From Aeromonas phage avDM6, in sequence record OP380601.1: 24,000 nucleotides of DNA; one strand, given 5' to 3'. This document shows, in pieces, positions 15,316-24,000 of the stretch. Each line of letters starts with the position of its first letter. Positions within the stretch are counted from its first letter, which is position 1. The notes under the pieces were generated by a model that worked only from the letters and a program-made list of their open reading frames with translations, was not told the DNA's origin and did no database searches. A program made the position numbers and the translations under genes.

Positions 15316-17550
15316 ATGAAGATGGTTGAAATGAAGACACCAATTTATGGTGATACTCAAGGCGAAGTGAAACAGTTTGGTATGGTGCAATCTTCAAAGG
15401 CATATACCATACTGTCTTCCGGATTGTATAAGTTCAAGATCCGCGCATTTATTCGAGAGCTGAGTTGTAACGCAATCGACGGTCATATTGCACTTGCATT
15501 GCAGGGCAAACCGGTACACAAACAATTTGATGTAGAGTTGCCTTCAGAATTGAGCCTTCAATGGCGTTTGCGGGATTATGGCATTGGTCTTTCTCCGGAA
15601 GGTATTGATGCTCTGTTTACAACTTATTTTGCATCAACCAAAGAAGAATCAGATGATTTTATCGGTGCTTTTGGTTTGGGTTCAAAAAGTCCATTCTGTT
15701 ACACCACAACCTTTACAGTTACATCTTGGTTTGATGGGGTAAAGACGGTTTACAGTATATATATGAATAACGGGATCCCTGCCTGTGTTCCTGTCCATAG
15801 CTGTCCATCAGATGAGCATACAGGTATTGAAATTGTCGTTCCTGTAGATCAGGAAGATATTTCAGATATTCAAGAAGAAAGCCGTTTTGTTTATTACACG
15901 TTCGATAGAAACGAATATTTCCCTAATTTCGTTGGGACTGACTTGGGTCTATGTACATATAAAGATGAACAAAAGAATATCCCACGTCTGTATGACCACG
16001 GCACATATGCAATTATGGGGGGTGTATCGTATTCAATCCCCAGAAAGTTTATCGATGGTACAGTTTGTGAGATCTATTTCCCTAAAAACTCAACCAAGTT
16101 CATTGAATTCCCTATGGGTTCTCTTAATCCTCTTCCTAACCGTGAAGAATTGAGTTTGGATGAGCATACAATTACAACCCTTAAGAAGTATTTTAAATCA
16201 CACGCTGATAAGGTATGGGACGATGTAACAATCGCAATTGCAGGATGTAAGGATGCTCGGGAGAAGATAAATAAGATCAAAGACCTTACTTTCGGTACAT
16301 CGATTTTTAATTTTGTAAGCAATACGATCTATCATAATAAAAAGACTCTGAAAGAATGGGATATTTTTTATGACAATATTGAATTCGATCAATCGGTTAT
16401 GAAATATCTAAAATATATTGAAGATAATCTAAAAGATCGTTCTATTGCACATATGAATGGATTTTCTAATACAAGTTATAAGATTTTTGATCGTACTCGT
16501 TTATCTCGTTATTACTCAAATTATAAGGTGAAATTGGATTCAAAATTTGATCCAAAATACCATACTACCAAGTACAATATTCCATTGTTGATTGTTGATA
16601 ACTCAGTAAAGGGATACAAAAAGAACATCCGTTCACTTCAAGAACATGGAATTATCCCTAAGAATAGTCACGGTGTTATGATGTTTAACCAGTCGGGTAT
16701 GCGCTGGAATAAAAAACATGATAAAATGATTCGTGATGTTATGATCTCCATTGCAAAGCGTTATCACAAAGACGATGTATGCGTGTATGACGTTGAGAAG
16801 CTTTGGGGTATACATGGACCTGTAATTCAAGAGAAACGTGAACTAGCCCGTAAAGAAGCCCGTAAAAACGCGCCCAGATCCAATAGGGTTCGTGATGCTG
16901 GACATTCCGTTGTGGTGTTCTACTCTGATAAAACTAATCATGAAAATATCTACGCAAAAGATGTGGATTCGTTTGATGGGTTTTATGTTATAGTCAAGGG
17001 TGGATGTTATTATGACGATGATGATACACAATTCGATCAGATTCTTGAAAACTCAAGCATGTGTAGCATGGCGGATTGGTTAGGAAAACCGGTTTATCGT
17101 ATTCCTTCAGCACTCAAAAAACGTGCAGAAAAGAATCCAAACCTTTCCCGTTTGGTTTATAATGACATTAAAGAAACTACGTATAAAAATTCGTTTCATA
17201 AATTGACTTCAGATACAGTTGGTTTTAATGTACATCGCCGATTGGTTGATAATATTTTGTTGTCGGACCCAATTAGAAAGCGTTATGATTTAGTTTCTAA
17301 AAAGTCTTGGGATGAAGATACATATCGAGAGTATATGAACTTGCTTTCTGTTACTTCTTACAACGAAAACGAGGAACTGAAGAAGTATATTTCATCTTTT
17401 GAAGATGCTGCCGTTGAGAAATACAAAACCAATCTTGAAATATTCAAGAAAGATCATCTGGTTGTGTATACACTTCTTCATTCTGTAAAAGATATTTCTA
17501 TTTCTGATGAAGTTTGGAAATCTATTAATAAAATGGTTACTGGGGCTTAA
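15316..17550 (+). CDS. rIIA: RIIA-like protein (GHKL ATPase fold at N-terminus)
   Basis: 744 aa; SSKAYTILSSGLYKFKIRAFIRELSCNAIDGH, LRDYGIGLSPEGI, TTYFASTKEESDDFIGAFGLGSKSPFCYTTTFTVTSWFDG, HTGIEIVVPVDQED align with T4 RIIA. Confidence 0.93.
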   Translation: MKMVEMKTPIYGDTQGEVKQFGMVQSSKAYTILSSGLYKFKIRAFIRELSCNAIDGHIALALQGKPVHKQFDVELPSELSLQWRLRDYGIGLSPEGIDALFTTYFASTKEESDDFIGAFGLGSKSPFCYTTTFTVTSWFDGVKTVYSIYMNNGIPACVPVHSCPSDEHTGIEIVVPVDQEDISDIQEESRFVYYTFDRNEYFPNFVGTDLGLCTYKDEQKNIPRLYDHGTYAIMGGVSYSIPRKFIDGTVCEIYFPKNSTKFIEFPMGSLNPLPNREELSLDEHTITTLKKYFKSHADKVWDDVTIAIAGCKDAREKINKIKDLTFGTSIFNFVSNTIYHNKKTLKEWDIFYDNIEFDQSVMKYLKYIEDNLKDRSIAHMNGFSNTSYKIFDRTRLSRYYSNYKVKLDSKFDPKYHTTKYNIPLLIVDNSVKGYKKNIRSLQEHGIIPKNSHGVMMFNQSGMRWNKKHDKMIRDVMISIAKRYHKDDVCVYDVEKLWGIHGPVIQEKRELARKEARKNAPRSNRVRDAGHSVVVFYSDKTNHENIYAKDVDSFDGFYVIVKGGCYYDDDDTQFDQILENSSMCSMADWLGKPVYRIPSALKKRAEKNPNLSRLVYNDIKETTYKNSFHKLTSDTVGFNVHRRLVDNILLSDPIRKRYDLVSKKSWDEDTYREYMNLLSVTSYNENEELKKYISSFEDAAVEKYKTNLEIFKKDHLVVYTLLHSVKDISISDEVWKSINKMVTGA

Positions 17551-17574
17551 TGCCCCTTTAAATGAGGATATAAA

Positions 17575-18810
17575 ATGAAAACTAATTATGAAAAGATATT
17601 TGATCTTATATATGATGGTATATATGACGTAACAGGAATTAAAGTTTCATCCCGAGATATGTCAAAATCTCTGGGTAGCATTGGATTGGATGGATTGGAT
17701 GTAGTTGAATTAATCATGTATATTGAAGAAAGTCTTGATATAGACTTTCAATATATAGATTATTTTGATGATTATGACGCGATTTCAAATCTTAATATTC
17801 AGCAACTCGCCAATCTGGTGGTTAAATATTATGATACACAACCCGTAGAACATGTTGATATTAAATTTGTTGTTGAAACGGAAAGTCGTGAAGATAAGGT
17901 TATTCGGCTACATAAAACCGGTCTTAGTCAAAATGAAATCTCTAGACAAATTGCGGTCCCCCGATCTACTGTTGGTGATATTGTTCGGCGTTATAAAGGG
18001 ATTCAGAAGCCTAAGAAAGTACACGTTAAAACTGTTGATGTGGTAGAAGAAAAGAAATCCGAGGTTTCTTGGAATGCAGGATTCAATTTCATTAACTGTT
18101 ATATTGATGGCGAAGTTATTACGGCAGATCGTAAACATCCAGCATTTGATGAAGCATTTAAAATTTTGATAGAAACGAATGATGTTATTCGTGCTGCTAG
18201 TATGTTGTCTATCAAAAAGGCAATTGAAACTTATGTAAAAGGTGATATCAAAATCGTTGGTAATACCCTGACATATAAAGATGTTGTTCTAGATACTAAC
18301 ATGACTCGGCGTGTAGTTGAGATGTGGAAAACCGGTGAAGATATCGATGCTATGATCAACTTCCTTACCCGTCTGGTTAAGAACCCGCGCCGTGAGGCAG
18401 TATATGAGCTGTTTGATTTCCTGAAACACAACGATATTAAGATCACCGAAGATGGATTCTTCCTAGCGTATAAGCGCATTCGTGACGATTATACTGATAT
18501 CTGGACTGGTACTTTCGATAACTCGATTGGTGCGAGCCCTCGTATGGAACCTTTCGAAGTAGATGCAGATCGAAAGAATGAGTGTTCCTGTGGTTTGCAC
18601 GTTGCATCGGCTGGATACATTCCATATTATTCCCGTAGAGAAAATGACCGTGTTATCATGGTAAAGGTTGACCCTGCTAATGTTGTTGCTATCCCAGAGG
18701 GATATGACCATGCAAAACTCAGGACTTGGACTTATGATGTAATTAAGGAAGTTACATATGAATTCAAAAATGGATCTTTCAAAAATCAGTCTATTGGATT
18801 CACGTATTAA
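17575..18810 (+). CDS. rIIB: RIIB-like protein with N-terminal acyl-carrier-protein-like domain and central HTH
   Basis: 411 aa; located immediately after rIIA; C-terminal half FLKHNDIKITEDGFFLAYKRIRDDYTDIWTGTFDNSIG...CSCGLHVASAGYI is RIIB-like. HTH at LHKTGLSQNEISRQIAVPRSTVGDIVRRYKG. N-terminal ~85 aa is ACP-like. Confidence 0.88.
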   Translation: MKTNYEKIFDLIYDGIYDVTGIKVSSRDMSKSLGSIGLDGLDVVELIMYIEESLDIDFQYIDYFDDYDAISNLNIQQLANLVVKYYDTQPVEHVDIKFVVETESREDKVIRLHKTGLSQNEISRQIAVPRSTVGDIVRRYKGIQKPKKVHVKTVDVVEEKKSEVSWNAGFNFINCYIDGEVITADRKHPAFDEAFKILIETNDVIRAASMLSIKKAIETYVKGDIKIVGNTLTYKDVVLDTNMTRRVVEMWKTGEDIDAMINFLTRLVKNPRREAVYELFDFLKHNDIKITEDGFFLAYKRIRDDYTDIWTGTFDNSIGASPRMEPFEVDADRKNECSCGLHVASAGYIPYYSRRENDRVIMVKVDPANVVAIPEGYDHAKLRTWTYDVIKEVTYEFKNGSFKNQSIGFTY

Positions 18811-18812
18811 TT

Positions 18813-18840
18813 AAAGGGGATTAATTTCCCCTTTATTTTA
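18813..18840 (+). terminator. Rho-independent terminator after rIIB
   Basis: AAAGGGGA (18813-18820)-TTAATT-TCCCCTTT (18827-18834), then ATTTTA. Confidence 0.75.
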
Positions 18841-18916
18841 TGAGAAAAATACTTTGTTCATAGAAATGAGGACAATATGATATAATGAATAAACTTAAAC
18901 ATAAGGTAATATTTAA

Positions 18917-19873
18917 ATGTCCGTTAGCAACTATGAAAAAGTCATCTCATCTATTGTTGAGATGAAAGAAAGCAAAGGTATGGGTTCCCGTGCAATTGCT
19001 AAAGCACTCGGTATTTCTAAATCTTCAGTTAACTACTATTACGAACGTTATATGGAAGAAAATAACATAGTAGATGATATGAAGACCGGTCCCCGAGTCC
19101 TTGTTCTTGATATTGAAACCGCTCCTGTACTTGCTCACGTATGGCGATTGTTCAAGACTAACGTTGGATTGAACATGATCGACCAAGATTGGTATATGCT
19201 AAGTTTTGCAGCAAAATGGTTTGATAGTGATGAAATCATTTATATGGACCAACGAAACGCTAAAAACGTAGAAGATGATTCCGATATGCTCAAAGTTCTG
19301 TGGGAACTTTTGGACGAAGCAGATATTGTTCTTCACCAAAATGGTAAGCGTTTTGATATTCCAAAGATCCGCGCTCGTATGATCTTCCATAATATGAAAC
19401 CATTCTCTGGTGTAAAACATATTGATACTCTTGAGATCGCAAAGCGTACTTTCGGATTTACTTCCAATAAACTGGAATATATGACTGATACGCTGTGTAG
19501 TGACACCAAGAAATCTAAACATGCTAAATTCCCCGGTTTCGAACTGTGGAAAGAATGTCTGGCTGGCAATATGGAAGCTTGGCAAGAAATGGAAGATTAC
19601 AATATTGGTGATATCGTTTCTCTTCAAGAACTGTATGTCAAACTATCCCCATGGTCGGATCGTCTTCCAAACTTCTCCCTGTATACTGATTCTGACGAAT
19701 TCACATGTGTATGTGGTGGTCATGAGTTTGAGGATGCTGGTTTTGCTTATACCGAAGTAAGCAAATTCAAACAATATAAGTGTGTCAAGTGTGGTAAACA
19801 TTGGCGCGGTCGCAAGAACCAAATTACGAAAATTAAGTCAAAACTTTTGTTGACTAATGCTCGCGAATCATAA
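18917..19873 (+). CDS. HTH + DnaQ/RNase H-like 3'-5' exonuclease + C-terminal zinc ribbon
   Basis: 318 aa; HTH (GMGSRAIAKALGISKSSVNYYYERY), exonuclease signature (LVLDIETAP; IVLHQNGKRFDIPKI; DYNIGDIVSLQELY), zinc ribbon (CVCGGHEFED...YKCVKCGKHWRGR). Confidence 0.85.
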   Translation: MSVSNYEKVISSIVEMKESKGMGSRAIAKALGISKSSVNYYYERYMEENNIVDDMKTGPRVLVLDIETAPVLAHVWRLFKTNVGLNMIDQDWYMLSFAAKWFDSDEIIYMDQRNAKNVEDDSDMLKVLWELLDEADIVLHQNGKRFDIPKIRARMIFHNMKPFSGVKHIDTLEIAKRTFGFTSNKLEYMTDTLCSDTKKSKHAKFPGFELWKECLAGNMEAWQEMEDYNIGDIVSLQELYVKLSPWSDRLPNFSLYTDSDEFTCVCGGHEFEDAGFAYTEVSKFKQYKCVKCGKHWRGRKNQITKIKSKLLLTNARES

Positions 19874-19882
19874 TAAAATATA

Positions 19883-19909
19883 GGGAATCCTTCGGGATTC
19901 CCTTTTTTA
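19883..19909 (+). terminator. Rho-independent terminator with UUCG tetraloop
   Basis: GGGAATCC-TTCG-GGATTCCC followed by TTTTTT. Confidence 0.93.
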
Positions 19910-19928
19910 TTTATAATAGGAATTGAAA

Positions 19929-20216
19929 ATGTTTAAATATAAAGTATGGTTTGCTTCGGAAGAACAAAAAGAAGAAATGATCCGGTACATCAACGAAGAT
20001 GAACTAGAATCATGTAAAGTGGTTATACCATATATTAAAGAAATTGAAGTTGGTGTGAAATACGATTTTGAGTCCAATGTAAAATTAGAAACTTATTCAT
20101 ATTCGGATGGTATTCTAAAAACTACACTTAACGGAAAATCTTATGGTTGTGGGATGAACCTTTTTATATCAGAAGATATTAATGAAGGTCGTGTATGTTG
20201 TGAGGTAATAGAATGA
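19929..20216 (+). CDS. Hypothetical protein (95 aa)
   Basis: Intact ORF from ATG 19929, ATGA overlap with the next ORF. Confidence 0.72.
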   Translation: MFKYKVWFASEEQKEEMIRYINEDELESCKVVIPYIKEIEVGVKYDFESNVKLETYSYSDGILKTTLNGKSYGCGMNLFISEDINEGRVCCEVIE

Positions 20217-20506
20217 AAATTTTTCAAGAATATAAGAATGATAAGCTGATAGAAACCAAAGGCCCTTTCTCTGTTATCCGTTGTAGTCGTTATTACCTAG
20301 TCGCTTTAATTAACGGAGAAAAAATAGAACTTGGTCAGTGTAACGACTACGAAAAAACCTATAAAAAAGGTATTGACCAATGGATATCAAAGGTTTACTC
20401 TAGGTGTGTCGATACAGAAGCTAGTTACCGTTGGCAGGCTGATAATCTTATAAAGCAGGCGGATGGTGAGAGAGAGATCATAGAACTGATAAAGTCAACG
20501 AGGTAA
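20213..20506 (+). CDS. Hypothetical protein (97 aa)
   Basis: Intact ORF, coupled by a 4-nt overlap. Confidence 0.7.
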   Translation: MKIFQEYKNDKLIETKGPFSVIRCSRYYLVALINGEKIELGQCNDYEKTYKKGIDQWISKVYSRCVDTEASYRWQADNLIKQADGEREIIELIKSTR

Positions 20507-20510
20507 AATT

Positions 20511-20768
20511 ATGGAAATGACCGAATATTACGATTCTCTAGGTTGGAAACCATTTTCTGAACATATGTGTGACAAGATATATGAAGAAATGTTTGCTAAG
20601 TTGGTTATTCGTACAAAAGAACCAGCTTCTCCCCCATACTACAATGACGTATTTGTGGTTAACATTCAGTGGAAACAGGGACATGGTGATAACTGGTATT
20701 TCGAAACTGAAGAAGGTGAGATTTTCAAACCATATGAAGTTAAAGAATATCTATTCGATTTTAGTTGA
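20511..20768 (+). CDS. Hypothetical protein (85 aa)
   Basis: Intact ORF, 4 nt downstream of the previous stop. An overlapping alternative-frame ORF at 20569 is less well placed. Confidence 0.65.
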   Translation: MEMTEYYDSLGWKPFSEHMCDKIYEEMFAKLVIRTKEPASPPYYNDVFVVNIQWKQGHGDNWYFETEEGEIFKPYEVKEYLFDFS

Positions 20769-20822
20769 TGTATTTGATTTGGTCAGGTAGAATATCTTTA
20801 TAAAATGTTCAGAGGTAGTAAA

Positions 20823-21392
20823 ATGAAAATCGTTTATGAACGTAATTGCGAATTGCCGTTTGTCCATTGTAAAGGTGTTGATATCATAACCAAACATCTG
20901 ACTAAATTTGCATCTAATGTATCTCGGATCATAAACGATAATAATTGGGTATTTTCCATATATCAGATGGAAGGAACCGATTACGAATTTTCTCTATATT
21001 GCGGAAAAAAAGTAAAATTGATCCGAACAATAAATCTTCATACCGGTTACTTTGAGCATGATACATTTTCTGTAGATGAAGAATTTCAGAAGTTGGGGAT
21101 AACTCAATTGATGATCCGTGCGTCAGTTGATATATGCGAAGAATTATCAATTAAGAAAGTAGTTACCTCTGCGATTCTTGATGGTAGGATCGTATGGTTG
21201 AAGAGAGGATTTATACCGTTCAACCTAGAAAAGTATTTCAACGATCTAGAATCTAATGGCCTTTTTGTGAACCAGAAAGATAGAAATGAATATTGGTTCA
21301 CCAAAGAAAACATTAAAAACCATGAAAAAGTTCTTGCAAATATATCGTGGCATGGTTATGCTATGGTTGAAACATTAAAGAATTTTGTATAA
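20823..21392 (+). CDS. Possible GNAT-family acetyltransferase-like protein
   Basis: About 189 aa from ATG 20823. FSVDEEFQKLGITQLMIRASVDICEELSIKKVVTSAI...VWLKRGFIPF resembles the GNAT motif A/B arrangement (V-x-E-x-Q-x-x-G, then W/Y-x-K-x-GF). Confidence 0.5.
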   Translation: MKIVYERNCELPFVHCKGVDIITKHLTKFASNVSRIINDNNWVFSIYQMEGTDYEFSLYCGKKVKLIRTINLHTGYFEHDTFSVDEEFQKLGITQLMIRASVDICEELSIKKVVTSAILDGRIVWLKRGFIPFNLEKYFNDLESNGLFVNQKDRNEYWFTKENIKNHEKVLANISWHGYAMVETLKNFV

Positions 21393-21410
21393 TAATTTTG
21401 GAGAAATAAA

Positions 21411-21584
21411 ATGGAAGAAGTAACTGAAGTAAGGGTACATGTTAGCGGGTGTTTTGTAGTGTGTCCTCATTGTGAAAAGCATATTGATGGATGGTATACA
21501 GATCCTCGCGGATGTGAAACTACTTGTGATTTTTGTGACAAAATCATAAAAATCCACAAAGAAGCAGATTTGGAGATTTATTAA
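21411..21584 (+). CDS. Small zinc-finger-like protein (57 aa), below the ORF-track cutoff
   Basis: Manual translation: MEEVTEVRVHVSGCFVVCPHCEKHIDGWYTDPRGCETTCDFCDKIIKIHKEADLEIY*. CPHC...CDFC pair, GGAG SD at 21400-21403, TAATG overlap with the next gene. Confidence 0.7.
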   Translation: MEEVTEVRVHVSGCFVVCPHCEKHIDGWYTDPRGCETTCDFCDKIIKIHKEADLEIY

Positions 21585-21838
21585 TGAGTCGAGTAAAAAT
21601 ACTTGCAAAACTCAAAAAGATAGACGAACTCCGTAGCCAGATCTATGAACTTCAATCCAAATGCCCACATAACGCAGTTATTTTAAAGCTGGGTTCAAAT
21701 ACGGGTAATTGGGATGGGGATGATTTGTATTGGTATGATATCGACTGTGAGGATTGTCTTAAACAATGGCGTGAAGATCAAAAAGGAAGTAATTTTAGTC
21801 CATACAATGACCCTCGGGTTGTAAAGGTAATTCGATGA
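21584..21838 (+). CDS. Hypothetical protein (84 aa), N-terminal coiled-coil-like
   Basis: Intact ORF; KILAKLKKIDELRSQIYELQSKCPH followed by CEDC. Confidence 0.72.
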   Translation: MSRVKILAKLKKIDELRSQIYELQSKCPHNAVILKLGSNTGNWDGDDLYWYDIDCEDCLKQWREDQKGSNFSPYNDPRVVKVIR

Positions 21839-22125
21839 ACAATAGGCTATCCAAAACTCAAAACAGAAGCGTGATATGTGCGTTTATCATGAGCGGGTGT
21901 GCAACAAAAGACACCCTTTCCGATTTCATCATATCCCTTGGTAAATCACAGTTGTATATGGATTTTACCAGCTACAAATACTTCATTGATGATTCTGTGA
22001 TCTTTGCAACAGATCCTATGAATACATGGATTACCGGTGTTAGCTACGATGAACTGAATGAAGCAGTTAAAAAGAAAATAGTTGACCCTTCCAACAAACT
22101 AGGTTATCCTGTCTCTGTTAACTAA
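21835..22125 (+). CDS. Hypothetical protein (96 aa)
   Basis: Intact ORF, ATGA overlap with upstream gene. Confidence 0.68.
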   Translation: MNNRLSKTQNRSVICAFIMSGCATKDTLSDFIISLGKSQLYMDFTSYKYFIDDSVIFATDPMNTWITGVSYDELNEAVKKKIVDPSNKLGYPVSVN

Positions 22126-22138
22126 GAGGAACAGACCC

Positions 22139-22912
22139 ATGATCATTAAAGACCAAGCCCAATTTATAGTGGAAACTCGAATTGAAGAGATTTTGGATAT
22201 TGCAAAATCTCTTTATCCGGAAATGTATGATTTTGAATACAAATTCAAAGAATGCAAAGGGGTTGCTGCTGGAAAGGCTGGCTTTAATATTGTCAATGGG
22301 GGACGTTCATATTTCATTAAAATAAATATAGATATGATGGTTCGTGGAATGGAAGAGTGGAATCATATATTCTATGATACTATTCCACATGAAGTTGCGC
22401 ACCTCGTTGATTATGTTCGTAGAGGTAAAAGCGGCCACGATACAATCTGGCGGAACATCGCCATCAGCCTTGGATGTAAAGGTAATCGTTGCCATGACCT
22501 TGATGTGGTTGCTCGCGGAAGACACCGCTATTATATTGACGGCTTTGGAAAGGTTAATGTGAGTCAATACTCACATGATAAAATCCAAAGTGAAGATTAT
22601 GAAGGAACCGTTACTTGTGGTGGTGGTCGATACGTTGTAGAAAAGAAGCATTACGTCAATATGAACCGAATGATGGATGAGGTTCCAGATGAGTTTAAAC
22701 AATATATCCATGGTATTGAGATTGTAGAAACAAGGAAAGCCGTGTGTGTATCTCCCACCGGAATACAAATGATAAAGCCGACAAAAAAGGCTATGAAATT
22801 GTGGGAAAGTGGGTATAATACTTGGGTAGACTTCAATGACAATTACGGTAAAGGTCAGTACAACACAGTATTAAATCAATACAAGTTGTGTGTCAAATGG
22901 TACGGTGCTTAA
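22139..22912 (+). CDS. SprT-like zinc metallopeptidase domain protein
   Basis: 257 aa; HExxH in IPHEVAHLVDYV followed by SGHDTIWRNIAISLGC, typical of the SprT/WLM-like arrangement; GAGG SD. Confidence 0.82.
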   Translation: MIIKDQAQFIVETRIEEILDIAKSLYPEMYDFEYKFKECKGVAAGKAGFNIVNGGRSYFIKINIDMMVRGMEEWNHIFYDTIPHEVAHLVDYVRRGKSGHDTIWRNIAISLGCKGNRCHDLDVVARGRHRYYIDGFGKVNVSQYSHDKIQSEDYEGTVTCGGGRYVVEKKHYVNMNRMMDEVPDEFKQYIHGIEIVETRKAVCVSPTGIQMIKPTKKAMKLWESGYNTWVDFNDNYGKGQYNTVLNQYKLCVKWYGA

Positions 22913-22934
22913 AAATTAATCTAAGGAATCTTAA

Positions 22935-23201
22935 ATGAAAAATGTAACTTGGTTGGATGCTGCGGCGGCAACGAATCGCGTAATGTTAGCTTGTAAACCC
23001 CATATATCAAAAGCTGGTGATAATCCTCTAAAGGTTATATATGATAACAATCTTCCGGGTATGATGAAGGATGTTGTCTATTATTGTGCGGTATATGGTA
23101 CACCGGTTGATGTGGCTATGGATATGGTAACGGTATATGATGCATGTCGTATTCTGGATGATAAAGGTTGGCTGCATTTAGATTCTGGATGTAAACCATG
23201 A
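22935..23201 (+). CDS. Hypothetical protein (88 aa)
   Basis: Intact ORF, ATGA-coupled to the next. Confidence 0.7.
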   Translation: MKNVTWLDAAAATNRVMLACKPHISKAGDNPLKVIYDNNLPGMMKDVVYYCAVYGTPVDVAMDMVTVYDACRILDDKGWLHLDSGCKP

Positions 23202-23548
23202 TCTACGGAATTGCAACAATATATTACGACAACGGTGACTTAGTTGATTTCACAATAGATTCACTTCTTGATACTGACGTTCGTAATAACGGATGTGCTT
23301 CAGAAGAGATTCATATGATATCTGATGATATTCGTGATGATCTACATAAGATGATGGTGGATAAACTTGGAACCAATATACCCAATAATGTCAATTGTAT
23401 ACATCTTTCATTTTCCACTAATGTAACGTGGATTGAGTCTCACGATTATTTTAATGGGCTTGAAATTGAATCCGAGGTTTATACTCCTACGATTTTAACT
23501 TATATTGTAGACTCTAGACACAATAGAAATATTGATTATTTTGAATAA
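23198..23548 (+). CDS. Hypothetical protein (116 aa)
   Basis: Intact ORF, coupled by a 4-nt overlap. Confidence 0.7.
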   Translation: MIYGIATIYYDNGDLVDFTIDSLLDTDVRNNGCASEEIHMISDDIRDDLHKMMVDKLGTNIPNNVNCIHLSFSTNVTWIESHDYFNGLEIESEVYTPTILTYIVDSRHNRNIDYFE

Positions 23549-23564
23549 TTATAGGGATTTTAGT

Positions 23565-23933
23565 ATGAAATATAAAGATTCTATGGCAGTTTTGCAAGAA
23601 ATCTCAAACCGTAATAAAGCAAATATCGCTAAGATATTTGATAATATTTATTGTGAAATCACAGAAAATATGGTTAATACCCGAGAAATTACCAAAACTT
23701 TCACAACTGGGTATGTTGATGATTGGGTACAGCAATTTGTACCTAAGTCTATCAATTTCGATGTATCTATGGTATATAATGAAATTGTTCGTCAGTTTCC
23801 AAATTTGGGATATAATATCGAATTTGATAGAAAAAATAACACATTCGAGGTTTCTATTCGTCAAAAAGTATTAATTGAGTTTGCAAAGAATGAATCCCAA
23901 TGTAGTTATGATTGTGTATTAGATGGTATTTAA
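23565..23933 (+). CDS. Hypothetical protein (122 aa)
   Basis: ATG 23565 with AGGGA upstream; the track start at 23532 overlaps the previous gene. Confidence 0.7.
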   Translation: MKYKDSMAVLQEISNRNKANIAKIFDNIYCEITENMVNTREITKTFTTGYVDDWVQQFVPKSINFDVSMVYNEIVRQFPNLGYNIEFDRKNNTFEVSIRQKVLIEFAKNESQCSYDCVLDGI

Positions 23934-24000
23934 AAGTTTGACATAATGATGTAGGTATGAGAGAATACCTACATCAAAACATAAGGATAATAAGTAATGA

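Noticed and set aside
20569-20790. ORF 20569..20790 (73 aa) as a separate gene
   Set aside because: It overlaps ORF 20511-20768 in another frame; the latter is placed 4 nt after the preceding stop and has a more balanced composition.
282-23864. Many minus-strand ORFs of 60-150 aa in the supplied track
   Set aside because: All lie antisense to well-supported + strand genes, lack convincing SD sites, and read as low-complexity antisense translation. The window appears to be a single-direction gene block.

Overview
The window is a densely packed segment of a T4-related (tevenvirus-like) myophage genome, with all supportable genes on the + strand. From left to right I recognise: the C-terminus of the clamp loader large subunit (gp44); clamp loader small subunit (gp62); translational repressor RegA; a family B DNA polymerase (gp43) split into two ORFs within the fingers region; UvsX recombinase; DnaB-type helicase (gp41); primase (gp61); a trimeric-type dUTPase; DexA-type exonuclease; a fused gp39/gp60-like topoisomerase II large subunit; RIIA; RIIB; an HTH + DnaQ/RNase H-like exonuclease + zinc-ribbon protein; a possible GNAT protein; and a SprT-like metallopeptidase. 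These are interspersed with small ORFans and short G/C-stem hairpins or terminators. The most interesting points are (1) the polymerase split with a 2-nt gap and an embedded Shine-Dalgarno; (2) an acyl-carrier-protein-like domain at the N-terminus of the RIIB homologue whose carrier Ser position is Gly (DSL -> DGL); (3) a 16-nt identical sequence at the translation starts of regA and an ORFan, which could be a RegA operator; (4) recurrent hairpins just upstream of start codons, including a perfect 13-bp inverted repeat; (5) a tandem pair of small acidic paralogues upstream of rIIA. I did not see a convincing completely new defence or mobile system. All homology statements come from recalled T4 protein sequences and motifs, not from a database search.
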